Of a stretch of DNA of 64,000 nucleotides, positions 30,758 to 41,381 are shown piece by piece (the first letter of the stretch is position 1; each line of letters begins with the position of its first letter). Location of the stretch: assembly GCA_963779615.1 (NCBI GenBank), contig CAVZZA010000001.1, positions 576,001-640,000 of the forward strand, read 5' to 3'. A program made the translations under genes and the position numbers. The DNA comes from an uncultured Nitrososphaeraceae archaeon (GTDB lineage Archaea; Thermoproteota; Nitrososphaeria; Nitrososphaerales; Nitrososphaeraceae). A model generated the notes under the pieces. That model ran no database searches and was not told the origin of the DNA. It saw only the letters and a list, made by a program, of their open reading frames with translations.

Positions 30758-31852
30758 ATGCCTGATGATTTTATTGTAGATTACGGTAGTTTGCTAAAAA
30801 ATAGCTATAGTGAGATGGGTGGGGTTTATAACACTGACAATTCTTTACACCATGATGACCTGGTTAAAATAGCGAATAACTTCTCTTCATATTTTGTAGA
30901 TGTTAAAGTATCCAGCCCATTTGTTGTTGTATTGAAAACAATCGCGTATTATTTACAGTCTAGTTATACTGTAATGGCTAAAAATGAAGTCTATGATTTT
31001 TTCATTACATCCTACAAGTTCTTGGCAACACATGTTGATAAAACAAAGGGTAATCAGGAAAGTCCAAAATCAAATTCGATGATGGTTGATAACGTCATTT
31101 TTGAAATTTGCAATGACGTGCTAAATAATTACGATAAATATGAGGATGCCATGAAAATCCAAATTCCGAATCTAATTGTTGATATAGTCACTATCTTGTT
31201 TCTTAAAGTGGACCCCTATGGTAAAAAAGTTTCAATTTTTCAAATAAAGCCTTATTATGTGTCTAAAAAAGAATGCTTGTTAAATAAAGAGTGTTTTTAC
31301 CCATCAAAAATTAGTTTTGCTGAGGGTACTGAATCGTTGGTGGTGGAGGATAAAAAAACCAAAAGCCCCAATAACTACAAAGAAAAAAATGTTAAAGCTG
31401 GAGAGGCAATGGAAATTAACTCCAGCCCTGGTGCTGTTTTGGACAATAAAAATTTTATGCGTAGTGATATGGTATTCAAAATCAATCAGATTACCAAAAG
31501 AGATAGCGACTCTATTGAAAGATCCCTATCCTCATTGCCTGAAAAGGAGATTAGAAAACTACATGACATTTGCAATAACTATAATAAAATTGTCAAATAC
31601 AACAACTTTGATAATCTCAAAGATTTTAAATCAGAGCTTGAAAATGAACTGAAACGCCCTTTATCGGAGAAGCAAATAAGGCATTCGCAAATATCCATAA
31701 AAAAAGTCCATTTTTACATGGAAAACATATTGGACGGCAAATTTGAACCGCATTTGACCCATGGCATTAACCATGTGAAGCACAATTTTGAATATGGTTA
31801 CAGGTTGGCGGGTTTATTGAGGAATACAAAACCTGGGATTGGAAAAAAGTAG
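30758..31852 (+). CDS. Hypothetical protein ending in an HD-like first helix
   Basis: 364-aa ORF with C-terminal HLTHGINHV. Confidence 0.65.
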   Translation: MPDDFIVDYGSLLKNSYSEMGGVYNTDNSLHHDDLVKIANNFSSYFVDVKVSSPFVVVLKTIAYYLQSSYTVMAKNEVYDFFITSYKFLATHVDKTKGNQESPKSNSMMVDNVIFEICNDVLNNYDKYEDAMKIQIPNLIVDIVTILFLKVDPYGKKVSIFQIKPYYVSKKECLLNKECFYPSKISFAEGTESLVVEDKKTKSPNNYKEKNVKAGEAMEINSSPGAVLDNKNFMRSDMVFKINQITKRDSDSIERSLSSLPEKEIRKLHDICNNYNKIVKYNNFDNLKDFKSELENELKRPLSEKQIRHSQISIKKVHFYMENILDGKFEPHLTHGINHVKHNFEYGYRLAGLLRNTKPGIGKK

Positions 31853-32377
31853 GCACATAACAATCATGTTCCTTTACTGTGTTTCCTATCCCCTCGCCCT
31901 CACAACCAGGATGGTTATTTGTAAAAGCGCGTTACAAAGATAGGTCCAATACTTAACGCTGCAAAATATTGTAAATGTAATAACTCACCCGTAGAATACA
32001 GACAAGTAATATGTAATTTATTTATGGAATGCATTGTAATGATTTTTAAACTGCGCATTTGATTCAGTCAATATCTTTTTGAAATGCATCTTGTTCCAGT
32101 GATTTTTTGTCTTCCTCTTTTGTATTTTCCATTTCAAGTGAGAAAACAACCCTGTGGAATAGTGATTTGAGACTGTTTGATGCCAAGTCAAAGCCCCCAA
32201 TTGCCATTTGCCCAAATATTTTTTTTGGGTGTGAAGGCCGACTAAGATATTTCCTCTTCATTTATTTTTTTTGAGTTATATGTTTTTTTTAGACAAAGAA
32301 AACAAAGAAGACTTATCCTCCTTCAGGCCGCAGTCACATCTTCTCTTCTCAAAAAATTATTTGACTCTGACTTCAAA

Positions 32378-32803
32378 CTAGTCTGCATATTCTCTTAAAC
32401 TTGGACCAAGACTTTTCTCTATGCCTGTGCAGATACCACTCAATAAATCATTTATCACTCTGGCAAATTGTGGACTAACCGGCAATTGTCTTGTATTCCA
32501 TCCCTGGATACAAATAATGCCTATGAAAACCATGTTTTCTGTGTCTTTATAACAAACCCTTTGATAAATACACCAGTTTTGAGTTTTTTGCCATTTGATT
32601 CTGTGCCCGATTGAAAATGGAAAGTATGTTTTGTTTTTTGTGTATAGAGTGAACAGCCCCTGTTCTGATAATTTACATTTGGGATTCCTTGCTGATTCTT
32701 TCTCTGAAAGCTGTGTGTTGCCTGTTGCTCTTTCTACCATTTTTGGGTCTACTGTCTTCTGGAGATTGTGAGTACTTTTGTGGCGGAATTTACCCCTCAT
32801 CAA
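32378..32803 (-). CDS. Hypothetical protein or gene fragment
   Basis: 141-aa ORF with no recognised motif; fragmentary ORFs follow it. Confidence 0.35.
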   Translation of the reverse strand: MMRGKFRHKSTHNLQKTVDPKMVERATGNTQLSEKESARNPKCKLSEQGLFTLYTKNKTYFPFSIGHRIKWQKTQNWCIYQRVCYKDTENMVFIGIICIQGWNTRQLPVSPQFARVINDLLSGICTGIEKSLGPSLREYAD

Positions 32804-33103
32804 TTTCTCATCTTTGAATAGCTGATGTGCTGATAGATGGCCTGCAGAATTAAATTCGACGGTGGCCTTACCATCCCTAGTCGATTCTGTCTAAATTGGA
32901 AATAAGCGAATCCATATCCACAATATAGAAAGAAAATACTATATGGAATGAGTATACCCATTTGTTTTAAACTCTTATGTGGGTGTTAGCAAGTTAACAA
33001 AACATGCATGAGAATGCGTTCTAGATAAAGCAGCCTGTCAATTTGGAAGAGATTTTTTTGCCTATTATCTTTCTTTTTTCATATGTGCAAAAAATATGAT
33101 TAA

Positions 33104-33772
33104 CTACTTGCAGGAGTGTTTGTCATGGTTTTCGAGTGTGTACAGTGCTGCCAATTTCGTGGCAAGTTCAGCCTTTATGTAGCTTGAATCGTCACCTCCA
33201 ATTATTACTATATCATCATTGAGTGGGTTTAATTTATTTACCAAAAGTTTTATGATTAGGGGCTCATTTTTTAGGGCGTCATAATCGGTATTGACTGTAA
33301 AGAATTTTTCATTTTCATATTTTAGTGTTGTAGCGCCTTTAACTCCCATTTTTATTGCGATATCTCTTTGTTCTATTCCAGAACTAATTTCCATTTTCAT
33401 CTGTCTCAATAAAACCGCGTGATTGAATTTGCCAATTGAAATTGAGCAGTGAGGCACACTTGTTTCAGAACCAATGTGCATGGATATTTTAGTTAAAAAT
33501 GATTTTCCTTTATCAGACATCCTTGTTCCATTGGTAGTTGTTATTATCATGTTTTCCGTTTTTAGGTGTTTTATCAATGTCTTGATCGAACCTTCTCCTA
33601 ATCCAAGTTCTTTGGACAGCAAACTTCTACTTACAGTTTTCTCATCTTCAATTAACTGTAATGCTTTAAACACATGTGCAGGATTAAAGGACAAAATCCT
33701 ACTGGGTGCATATCTGCTGGAAATGCTCTCGAGGGTTTTTACTAAAAGATGCACGATATTATGCCACTGCAA
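33104..33772 (-). CDS. Winged-HTH protein (DUF4443-like), putative regulator
   Basis: SRSLLSKELGLGEGSIKTLIKHL HTH and SGIEQRDIAIKMGVKGAT. Confidence 0.8.
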   Translation of the reverse strand: MQWHNIVHLLVKTLESISSRYAPSRILSFNPAHVFKALQLIEDEKTVSRSLLSKELGLGEGSIKTLIKHLKTENMIITTTNGTRMSDKGKSFLTKISMHIGSETSVPHCSISIGKFNHAVLLRQMKMEISSGIEQRDIAIKMGVKGATTLKYENEKFFTVNTDYDALKNEPLIIKLLVNKLNPLNDDIVIIGGDDSSYIKAELATKLAALYTLENHDKHSCK

Positions 33773-33893
33773 ATAAATTTATTTTTATCTTGATGCTTTT
33801 TATTTTTAGAATTATACAAAATTTTATTGCCCGAACACTTTTTGATTATGATGAAAAAATAAACTAAAATATAAAAGATGAGAACACGCAAAA

Positions 33894-34625
33894 TCAAATT
33901 GCGGTTTTTCTGGAAAGCTCATGAGGCCTAAACCTGTACCAAAGCAATCCAAATACAACACCAAGAACCACCCAAAATCCGACCATGGTTAGGCCGCTCG
34001 CGATTCTGAAAGAACTCACCAAGTCCATCGGTATGGTGATTTTGTCGGGGTTGGGTGGGAACAAAGCAAACGCACTGGACATTATCACGGCATAAACCAG
34101 TGGTATGGCTATGCGGATATGGCGTACACCCCTAAACCTGTAAAACAAAACCCCAAGACCCAGGGCAGATACTGCGGATACTGCCAAGAACCCAAGGTAC
34201 AGGCTTTCCCTTAGGTATATGGTGTCCGGGTTTCCAACAGCAGGCGGGTTTCCGGGATACTTGAGGAAAGGGATGACAAACAAAGCCAGGCAGATGACTA
34301 GTGACAGGAAAACCGCCCTCTTGATGTCGCCAGAAAAAGGGAGATAGCTTCTGCCAAAAACATAAACTATGCCAAGGAGGGAGCCAAACGCCATTCCCAA
34401 GATGGAGCCCGCAATGAAACTTCCGGACTTTTGCCATGTCCTGTATGAGTTTTGCTCATTGGTGTCCACACTTTCGCCTGCCGCAACAGCCTTGGAGGTT
34501 TCCAAACCTATGGCTTTGTCGATAAATGGCTCGACAACGATTAAGTTCATGCCGGCCAAAACCACACCAGATATGGCCCCGGAAACAAGAGAGATGAGAA
34601 CAAAGAGCAGCGATTTCAACATCAA
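33894..34625 (-). CDS. cbtA: CbtA-family cobalt transporter subunit
   Basis: VEPFIDKAI.LE, PFLKYPGNPPAVGNPDTI..R, FRIAS. Confidence 0.9.
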   Translation of the reverse strand: MMLKSLLFVLISLVSGAISGVVLAGMNLIVVEPFIDKAIGLETSKAVAAGESVDTNEQNSYRTWQKSGSFIAGSILGMAFGSLLGIVYVFGRSYLPFSGDIKRAVFLSLVICLALFVIPFLKYPGNPPAVGNPDTIYLRESLYLGFLAVSAVSALGLGVLFYRFRGVRHIRIAIPLVYAVIMSSAFALFPPNPDKITIPMDLVSSFRIASGLTMVGFWVVLGVVFGLLWYRFRPHELSRKTAI

Positions 34626-34674
34626 AATCTACTTTCGATTTCCGTTATTTGAAGAATAAGAATAAAGAAGAAGA

Positions 34675-34890
34675 TTAATGGCAAGGAAAGCCTGCTGCAT
34701 GCCTCATGTCATGAGTAATCTCATGCAAGTATTTCATATCAAATGCCTGATTGCCCTGAACGAGGCTGAAAATTTGCCCTTGATCATAACCTACCACAAA
34801 AATACCAAACACTACAATGGCTGCTAAAAAACCAATGGCCATTTTTGAATTATCATATGTGCTAACAAGGGTTTTATCAAAAGTTGACAT
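34675..34890 (-). CDS. cbtB: CbtB-family cobalt transporter subunit
   Basis: One TM plus the LHEITHDMRHAAGFPCH signature. Confidence 0.92.
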   Translation of the reverse strand: MSTFDKTLVSTYDNSKMAIGFLAAIVVFGIFVVGYDQGQIFSLVQGNQAFDMKYLHEITHDMRHAAGFPCH

Positions 34891-34938
34891 TAATTCAAAG
34901 TTTTTTGCACTGTATATAAATATTTGGATAGTTTATCC

Positions 34939-35117
34939 GGCTCTGTTCACTTAAGAAAAATTAATTGCCTTTTTTATTGTGAATATAGTAATTAAAAATA
35001 TTTGAAGAGAATTCGGGTTAAACTGTCCTTAATTTATTAAAATTGAATTTTTTGGATTTCAAAAACCATTTCATTTAGACAAATATAAAACAGGTAAATG
35101 CTTAAGTGAACAGAGCC
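34939..35117. mobile_element. 179-bp IS6-family MITE
   Basis: Perfect 17-bp TIR GGCTCTGTTCACTTAAG; 8-bp TSD GTTTATCC at 34931-34938 and 35118-35125; no transposase. Confidence 0.92.
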
Positions 35118-35198
35118 GTTTATCCAATCATACTATTTAAAATAGAAAAAACAATTGATCCGTAACATTGAAAAAAAACATGATCAGCATCACTAAAA

Positions 35199-35267
35199 AG
35201 ATAATAAAGGAGTGAATTATATGATGCCAACGTCATTTCCAGTGACTGATTCACTCCTTTATTATCT
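35199..35267. repeat. Perfect 19-bp inverted repeat AGATAATAAAGGAGTGAAT with 31-nt spacer
   Basis: Arms at 35199-35217 and 35249-35267; related copy at 41483-41547. Confidence 0.9.
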
Positions 35268-35371
35268 GAGTATTGATTCCAGATTATTTGCGATCCCAAT
35301 GAACTAGGCATATGCAGGATTGGTTTGTAAAGCTCATGCTTGATTTATTGAGTCTACAAAGAGCTATTTTA

Positions 35372-35419
35372 TAGACATGATTAGGTAAGCCTAACAAAAA
35401 TATAAACCTGATCATGATT
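35372..35419 (-). promoter_or_regulatory. 48-bp promoter/operator block (TATA + TTAGGCTTACCTAA + ATG), copy 1
   Basis: Exact inverted copy of 41334-41381; DtxR-like palindrome at 35381-35394. Confidence 0.6.
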
Positions 35420-35959
35420 TTCTATTGTTATAATAACAATATACTGTGGAGAAGACATTTGAAAAAATTGTTTTTAGATTACCTTCTCCTCGTGATTACA
35501 TCCTTATGATTAAAAGGAACAGTTCAACTAAAAACCGTTTTTTTATGTTGCTTTGTGTGGATGTATGTTAATAATAAAATAGATAGTTTCTGTACTCTTG
35601 ATTTCTTGCTTACAATTGAATTAATTAAAACAAATAACGCTGTACTTAATTACCGAAACCAAACTTTATTCAATTCAACCCTTTTTTAAGGATGAATCCA
35701 AATTCTCAAAGGTGGTTAGCATAGTAAAAGATTTTTCCTTTAACTATTCAAATTTGCAAAATCTAGTCTCAGGTATGGTGGTAAGGTTATATAGGAATTT
35801 GTTATCACCCTTCACAGGCTATTTTTAAGCATAAACATAAAAACAATAGGAGGAAGACACTTTTTTACCTTTTATTGGATTGAGATGGTGTAATTTCTTA
35901 TTGTGTTCTATAGTTGTACAATAATAAATATAAGTTTAAAATACTGAATTGTAGTAAAA

Positions 35960-37717
35960 TTGATGTTTTTCAACACATTCAAAATTTCGACAGCCTTTAT
36001 TATTACTGGTTTGACGATTTTCGGGATTAGTTACCTCCTTCCTGATGGTGCCTTTGGTGATACTGACAGCTCCCTGTTTGCTTATGCAACAACCAATTCC
36101 TCAGGCTCTCTGCAAAATCAGGCAGATGGCGGAAAATCAAGCAACAACAGTTCAGCATCCAATTTTAGCGAAGAGGCCATAATGCATAAAATACAGATGA
36201 TGAGCGCAAAAGAAAAACAATTCCTCTGTGGAAGCAAAACCCAAGGCTCTAGTTACTATGTAAGCGAATTCGTAACTCCTGTGCCATGCAACCATCCGGT
36301 TGGGTTAGTTGCAGACAAAGACAATAACATATGGATAGCGTCTGGTTGGAGTGGGAGTATATTGGTGTTTAATCCCCATTCAAACACCTTTATTAAAACC
36401 ATAAAAATACCCAATTGGCCTCAAAATCAAGGGGAACTTGGCTCAATGATTTGGGAAATGAAATTTGACAAAAATGGTGATTTATGGTTTACGGATGAAA
36501 AAACTAACTCCATATGGAAGTATTTTACCAAAGAGGGAAAGTTTGAAAACTATAAAATACTTGCCAAAGGGGGCTACCCATTATCATTTGTTTTTGACTC
36601 AAACAACAACATATATTTTACTCAGGTATTTGGAAAGAGACTTGGATTCCTTGACCCGTTAAAAGTAGAGAATAATACTACCAAAGGGATTTCGGAATTG
36701 GAGTTATCAAAACAACTAAAATTCGAAACCATGGGTCCAATCTCCAATGGATTTGGATTTACTGATAACACCAAGAATGGCAGTAAAAGCAACACGAATG
36801 AAACAATGTGGTTTTCAACAGTTAGTTTTCCGGTCGGTGGTCAGTTGATTAAATACGACATAACTGAGGGAACTCTTACCATTCATGACTTGACCCATAA
36901 ACACAGTGTCCCAATAAGTGTGGCAGAGGACGATAATGGAACTATCTGGACCAATGACCACGCATCAAGCCTCTTCCTGATGTTGGACCCCAAAACAGGT
37001 TACACAAAAGAATATGCAACCTCTTTCCCGTCAACAGCCAACACAACCACATTGCCCTACTACAACCAATACAGGGATGGAAAGATATGGTTCAACGAAC
37101 ACTATGGAAATGCGATTGCCTCCTATGACATAAAGAACAAAACACTTGTGGAATATCACATACCATCTAAAAATCCACTTTGGGCCAATTCATCAAATCC
37201 TCTCAAATTCACATTTGATAATGATGGTTCCGTATGGTTTACCGAATGGACAGAAAACAAGCTGGGTGTTATACCCAAGGAAAAAATCAACCAATTGCCT
37301 ATTTCGCTATCCACCTCAAAGGATAAGATGAGCATAGATAGCAAAAATGGTAAAGGAGACACAGTTGATGTTAGCATTTATAATAACAAATTGAACGGTA
37401 CTGGCACTAATGGAAACAACAGCAATGCATTTTTGGAAGGTGATGAACCAGGCAAGCCTGCCAACATCACTATGTTTGCAACTTCGTCGATATCCAAGAA
37501 TGGATCATTGTTGAACCTCACAGGTGATTTTGGCAAAGACCGCTTCTTGACAACTGATTTACCGGTATCTACTGCTGGACCTTATCAACCGCACAAAACT
37601 ACTTTAGAAATAAATCCAACCAAGGACATTGTCCCTGGAGATTACACACTGACAATCAGCGCCCGATACAATGATGACATCACTGTTTCAAAAATAATAG
37701 ATTTGGATATCCAATAG
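35960..37717 (+). CDS. Secreted Vgb (streptogramin lyase)-like beta-propeller with Ig-like tail
   Basis: Repeated D..G.[LIV]WF[TN]E blades; signal peptide; GDYTLTISA C-terminus. Confidence 0.85.
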   Translation: MMFFNTFKISTAFIITGLTIFGISYLLPDGAFGDTDSSLFAYATTNSSGSLQNQADGGKSSNNSSASNFSEEAIMHKIQMMSAKEKQFLCGSKTQGSSYYVSEFVTPVPCNHPVGLVADKDNNIWIASGWSGSILVFNPHSNTFIKTIKIPNWPQNQGELGSMIWEMKFDKNGDLWFTDEKTNSIWKYFTKEGKFENYKILAKGGYPLSFVFDSNNNIYFTQVFGKRLGFLDPLKVENNTTKGISELELSKQLKFETMGPISNGFGFTDNTKNGSKSNTNETMWFSTVSFPVGGQLIKYDITEGTLTIHDLTHKHSVPISVAEDDNGTIWTNDHASSLFLMLDPKTGYTKEYATSFPSTANTTTLPYYNQYRDGKIWFNEHYGNAIASYDIKNKTLVEYHIPSKNPLWANSSNPLKFTFDNDGSVWFTEWTENKLGVIPKEKINQLPISLSTSKDKMSIDSKNGKGDTVDVSIYNNKLNGTGTNGNNSNAFLEGDEPGKPANITMFATSSISKNGSLLNLTGDFGKDRFLTTDLPVSTAGPYQPHKTTLEINPTKDIVPGDYTLTISARYNDDITVSKIIDLDIQ

Positions 37718-38156
37718 CCGCACATAATATTTTTTTTCTCTCTGTTTGCATTTTTAAGAAAAATAATCAACTGCTCATTCAATTCTTTTTTTTTCTTCTT
37801 CGCTTATGATGGTTAACCTGCGGTACTAGAATCGGATGTCTGGCTATTAGCAGGATTGTGTCGCGTTTGCCTGTGCATGTGAGAAAATGCTGTTTGAAAA
37901 TAACAGTAATAGAATCGTAGTTGGACTAATGGCATGAAAATCGGGCAATGATTTATTTTTGGAATGCTTACTGATTATGTGAAAGCACAAAAAATTATCC
38001 AGATAACCTTTTCTTAATTAATAAGATGATAAAATGATTTTTTTAATTGAAATGGTGTTATATGATAAAGGGGTTTACCAAGAGAATGCTTTCAATTCCC
38101 CTAGTCCTTAAACTTTTGCCAGAGTCTAACAATTTTTTCTCCAACTGGTTTTTGCT

Positions 38157-38444
38157 TTACACTAATGAAATAGAATTGTTTTTATAACTTATGCTTACCT
38201 CATGAACCCATCGAGTGTAAAAAGACTCGTCCATCCCTTCTGCTCTCCTTATAATTTTTGTTTTCTTGATAATGCCAAGTTGTTCCAGTCCAGTCACTTT
38301 TCTATAGGTAGATGATGATGGCATGTCCAATAAAGTGGATATTTTTTGTATACTCAATTCTTTTCCATCCAGCAATTCAATTATTGTCAGGCTTGTTTCG
38401 TTGGAAAGAATAAGCAAAATATCCTTTGCGTATGAATTCGTCAA
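38157..38444 (-). CDS. Winged-HTH regulator (ArsR-like)
   Basis: LSIQKIS..LDMPSSSTYRKV..LEQLGII; ATGA overlap with the upstream gene. Confidence 0.8.
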   Translation of the reverse strand: MTNSYAKDILLILSNETSLTIIELLDGKELSIQKISTLLDMPSSSTYRKVTGLEQLGIIKKTKIIRRAEGMDESFYTRWVHEVSISYKNNSISLV

Positions 38445-38713
38445 CTTTTAAGGACAGCTAAAATTACTAACACAAAGCCAAAAATTTCAAAAACTTCTTC
38501 ACCCATTCTCCGATTAGTATCGTCTAAAAAGCTGCTGTCTGCAAAGCCTATAAAATCTCCCATTATTGTATCCCCAATGGTTATAAGAGCGAAGCCAAAT
38601 GTTAGGTAAAGCATTGGAACATATTTGGTCTTTTTAAAAGCCTTGGCTGTAAGATAAACCAAAAGAGCTCCCACAATGATATGGATTGAAATTACTATGG
38701 GATAAATATTCAT
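38441..38713 (-). CDS. Small 3-TM membrane protein co-transcribed with an HTH gene
   Basis: TM-AFKKTK..MLYL..GF-TM-TM; similar to 45563. Confidence 0.75.
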   Translation of the reverse strand: MNIYPIVISIHIIVGALLVYLTAKAFKKTKYVPMLYLTFGFALITIGDTIMGDFIGFADSSFLDDTNRRMGEEVFEIFGFVLVILAVLKS

Positions 38714-38891
38714 CTTTGTATTAGGATTCTGGTTGGATTACATTTTCACTAAACTATATGAAAAACTAAAATGATATCCTCAACCCATTTAAGTCAAACA
38801 AAATATAAAGGATTACCAAATTAATGACTCCTATTATCATTTACTGAGAATAGAGCTATATTTTTTATATCAATTGAATAAAGTAAATTAA

Positions 38892-39677
38892 ATGACATTA
38901 CCGAAAACTAACCTATCAAATACATTTTACTTAATAATGGCGATTACCACATTTACAATTCTTTTGCAATCCATGACATCTGTTAATGATATTGCATTTG
39001 CACAAGTAAGCAACCAACAGCCAAACATCAATGCCCAGAGTCTTTTCAACACCCAAGCAATGACATTGGGAAACAATGTGAAGAACCTTGTGATACTCAT
39101 ACCCAATGAGGGACACCATGGCCCCAATGAAGCCAGTGAAGCCAGGTTCCTGGAACCGTCATTTGTCCCTGCAAATGCGGTGATAAACACTGGAACCACA
39201 GTAGCATGGTATAATGGTGATTTCGGTCACGAACGTACGGTAAACGTAAAAGACGCAACCGGCAGCTCGGTTGTATTTAGCACCGGGGCAATAATAGACA
39301 ATCAGGCATCAAAAACATACACATTCAACACTCCCGGAACCTACAGTTATGAGGCAATTGGCGACGCGGGTTACATAATGAAGGGCACCATAACTGTCAA
39401 AAACATTCAATCCCCTGTAACCTCACCCGCTGCTGCTGGTGGAATAGACACAGTGGGGGTATTGATGGTTCCAACACAAGACTTAAACAAATACATGCAG
39501 GACATCAAGAATGCCGGTTTAACTGTCGACAGCGGGCATAACTTCAAAGACCTAAGGGGAGGTCAGAGCGGAACAGGAGACGTGCAGACACTCTTGGTGT
39601 GGGCCTCAGGCGGCAAGGATTTGAATACCGCGATTGCGCCCCTAAGCCAGCTATCGTTAACCTTACCATACAGTTAA
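38892..39677 (+). CDS. Secreted Cys-less cupredoxin-like protein (PNEGHH family), copy A
   Basis: FVP...TVAWYNGD..H, YTFNTPGTYSY..MKGTITV cupredoxin pattern; no Cys; ends LPYS. Confidence 0.8.
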   Translation: MTLPKTNLSNTFYLIMAITTFTILLQSMTSVNDIAFAQVSNQQPNINAQSLFNTQAMTLGNNVKNLVILIPNEGHHGPNEASEARFLEPSFVPANAVINTGTTVAWYNGDFGHERTVNVKDATGSSVVFSTGAIIDNQASKTYTFNTPGTYSYEAIGDAGYIMKGTITVKNIQSPVTSPAAAGGIDTVGVLMVPTQDLNKYMQDIKNAGLTVDSGHNFKDLRGGQSGTGDVQTLLVWASGGKDLNTAIAPLSQLSLTLPYS

Positions 39678-39729
39678 TAGCGTCTTTTTCTTATTTTCCA
39701 AGTCAATTTAATACCCCACTTCTCCATTA

Positions 39730-40115
39730 TGGGAGTATGATGTGGTAACCTTACAAAATTCCCTCGTATGAAAGATGGTGACACGAAGTTGTTGATCCAG
39801 GTTTGGGGAATGGTATAGATGTGTTCCTGGCTGCAAATGTTGTCAAGGAAAACTGAAAGTTCTGGAGTGGATGTGACGGATAAAATGTTAGATAAAGCAA
39901 GGGACAATGGTGAAAAATATAATTACAAAATGTTGATTTTGGACAAGGATACATTGAAGAAAAAATACCAGGAGAGGATAACAGTGTGGATATTGTTACA
40001 AGTAATTGTGTGATCAATCTTGCATCAAGCAAGGTAAATGCATTCAAGGAGGTTTACTGAATCCTAAAACCAAACGGAAATGGTAAAATGGTTATCAGAT
40101 CTAGTCACGGATAAA
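39730..40115 (+). pseudogene. Arsenite methyltransferase (ArsM-like) relic
   Basis: Across frames: GIDVFLAAN, GVDVTDKMLDKAR, DNSVDIVTSNCVINL..K..AFKEVY*ILKP, ISDLV. Confidence 0.8.
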
Positions 40116-40139
40116 TGGGTAGCAGATACAGGTGGGCTC

Positions 40140-40553
40140 ACGATTTTAACAAACTCTGCCTTGTCCAAAACAATGTTTATTTCACTGATGGTTTGCTTGA
40201 TTTACTCCACTGGTGCGTTACCGTCTATCTGTGTCCTAGTTTTTCCATTAACAGTGATTATTCATGGTCTGACAACTCTTTGCCTATTGGCTGCTCAATG
40301 TGCTCAAAATTGTCCAAATAGGCTGCTGTTGCCCACTCTTCGGCCTTGGTCGAGTCATTGGTCGAGTATGATGCGATTACCTGATCAAGCAGTGATCTTA
40401 TGTTGATATTTGGCCTTGGGTGCTTTTTTCATCAGATGCTGTATTGTTTGCTTGGGCAAATGATGATGATGCAGTATTGCCTATCACTAAAGATATGGCG
40501 GCCACAACAATTGCGACAAATGCTTTGTTTCCTTGCTGAATGTTTGTAAGCAT
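40140..40553 (-). pseudogene. Internally deleted copy of the 62514-63605 gene
   Basis: 40160-40390 matches 62548-62780, and 40440-40553 matches the signal-peptide region 63484-63605. Confidence 0.85.
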
Positions 40554-41333
40554 TTTTTGAATTTTTTCTTCAACATTATTCAGCAATTATAAAAATGCGT
40601 TATAGAAAGAAGCATTGCGAACTTTGTTGAATTTCAGTTTTATTTAATTATTTTACTGGTTACTATCGGGGCATATATCTATTCCCAAGAAAGAGAATGT
40701 CAAATACCTCCTAAATTGAAATGTCGCTACCAGAACACTAAACAGTGTATGGTGGGCATCTATGGCATTAGAGAATATACTATCCTAACTATTTTATGGA
40801 AAGATCTGACAAAATCAACTTATGGATGAACATGGTAAAACAATTATACCTGAATGAATGGAACTTTGTTTTGCCATGTTATGCTGCTTATTGTAGGAGT
40901 CTTGGCCTTTGCCTTAAAGGATTCTCAGAAAAGTAATGCTTCCACAGATAGCTATAACCCGGATAACCCAAATGATTCGCCATTCTGTTTACCGTTGATT
41001 CCGATGCTGCAGATCAGTCAGACGATGGAGATTATCAGTCAGACGGTGACATACCATTCCCATAACGTATTTCCGCCTCTAAATATTAAAAAAATACTAT
41101 AAAAAATTTAATCCATTTCTTTTCCTTTTTAAAATACCAAAATGATTCACCATGTCAGGTTTTATAAATAAAATTGAATGTTTGTAAAAATTTGAGAAGA
41201 TCTTTCTTCAATTGCAGCCTTAAATTCAGGCGTTGCATTCAACTTTTATTGTAACGTCAACAGGAACAAGATCTTCTGGAGAAACAATTACCCTCCTACG
41301 ATCTTTATTTATGATGTTATTTTAACAACGGAG

Positions 41334-41381
41334 AATCATGATCAGGTTTATATTTTTGTTAGGCTTACCTAATCATGTCTA
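41334..41381 (+). promoter_or_regulatory. 48-bp promoter/operator block, copy 2
   Basis: TTTATAT at 41347, TTAGGCTTACCTAA at 41359-41372, ATG at 41375. Confidence 0.6.

Noticed and set aside
34890-35400. Cobalamin riboswitch ahead of cbtB
   Set aside because: No B12-box seen, and the TATA box is adjacent to the start codon
35372-41381. Composite transposon or invertible segment bounded by the 48-bp inverted copies
   Set aside because: No TSD or recombinase seen; similarity extends outward as diverged sequence, more like a duplicated locus
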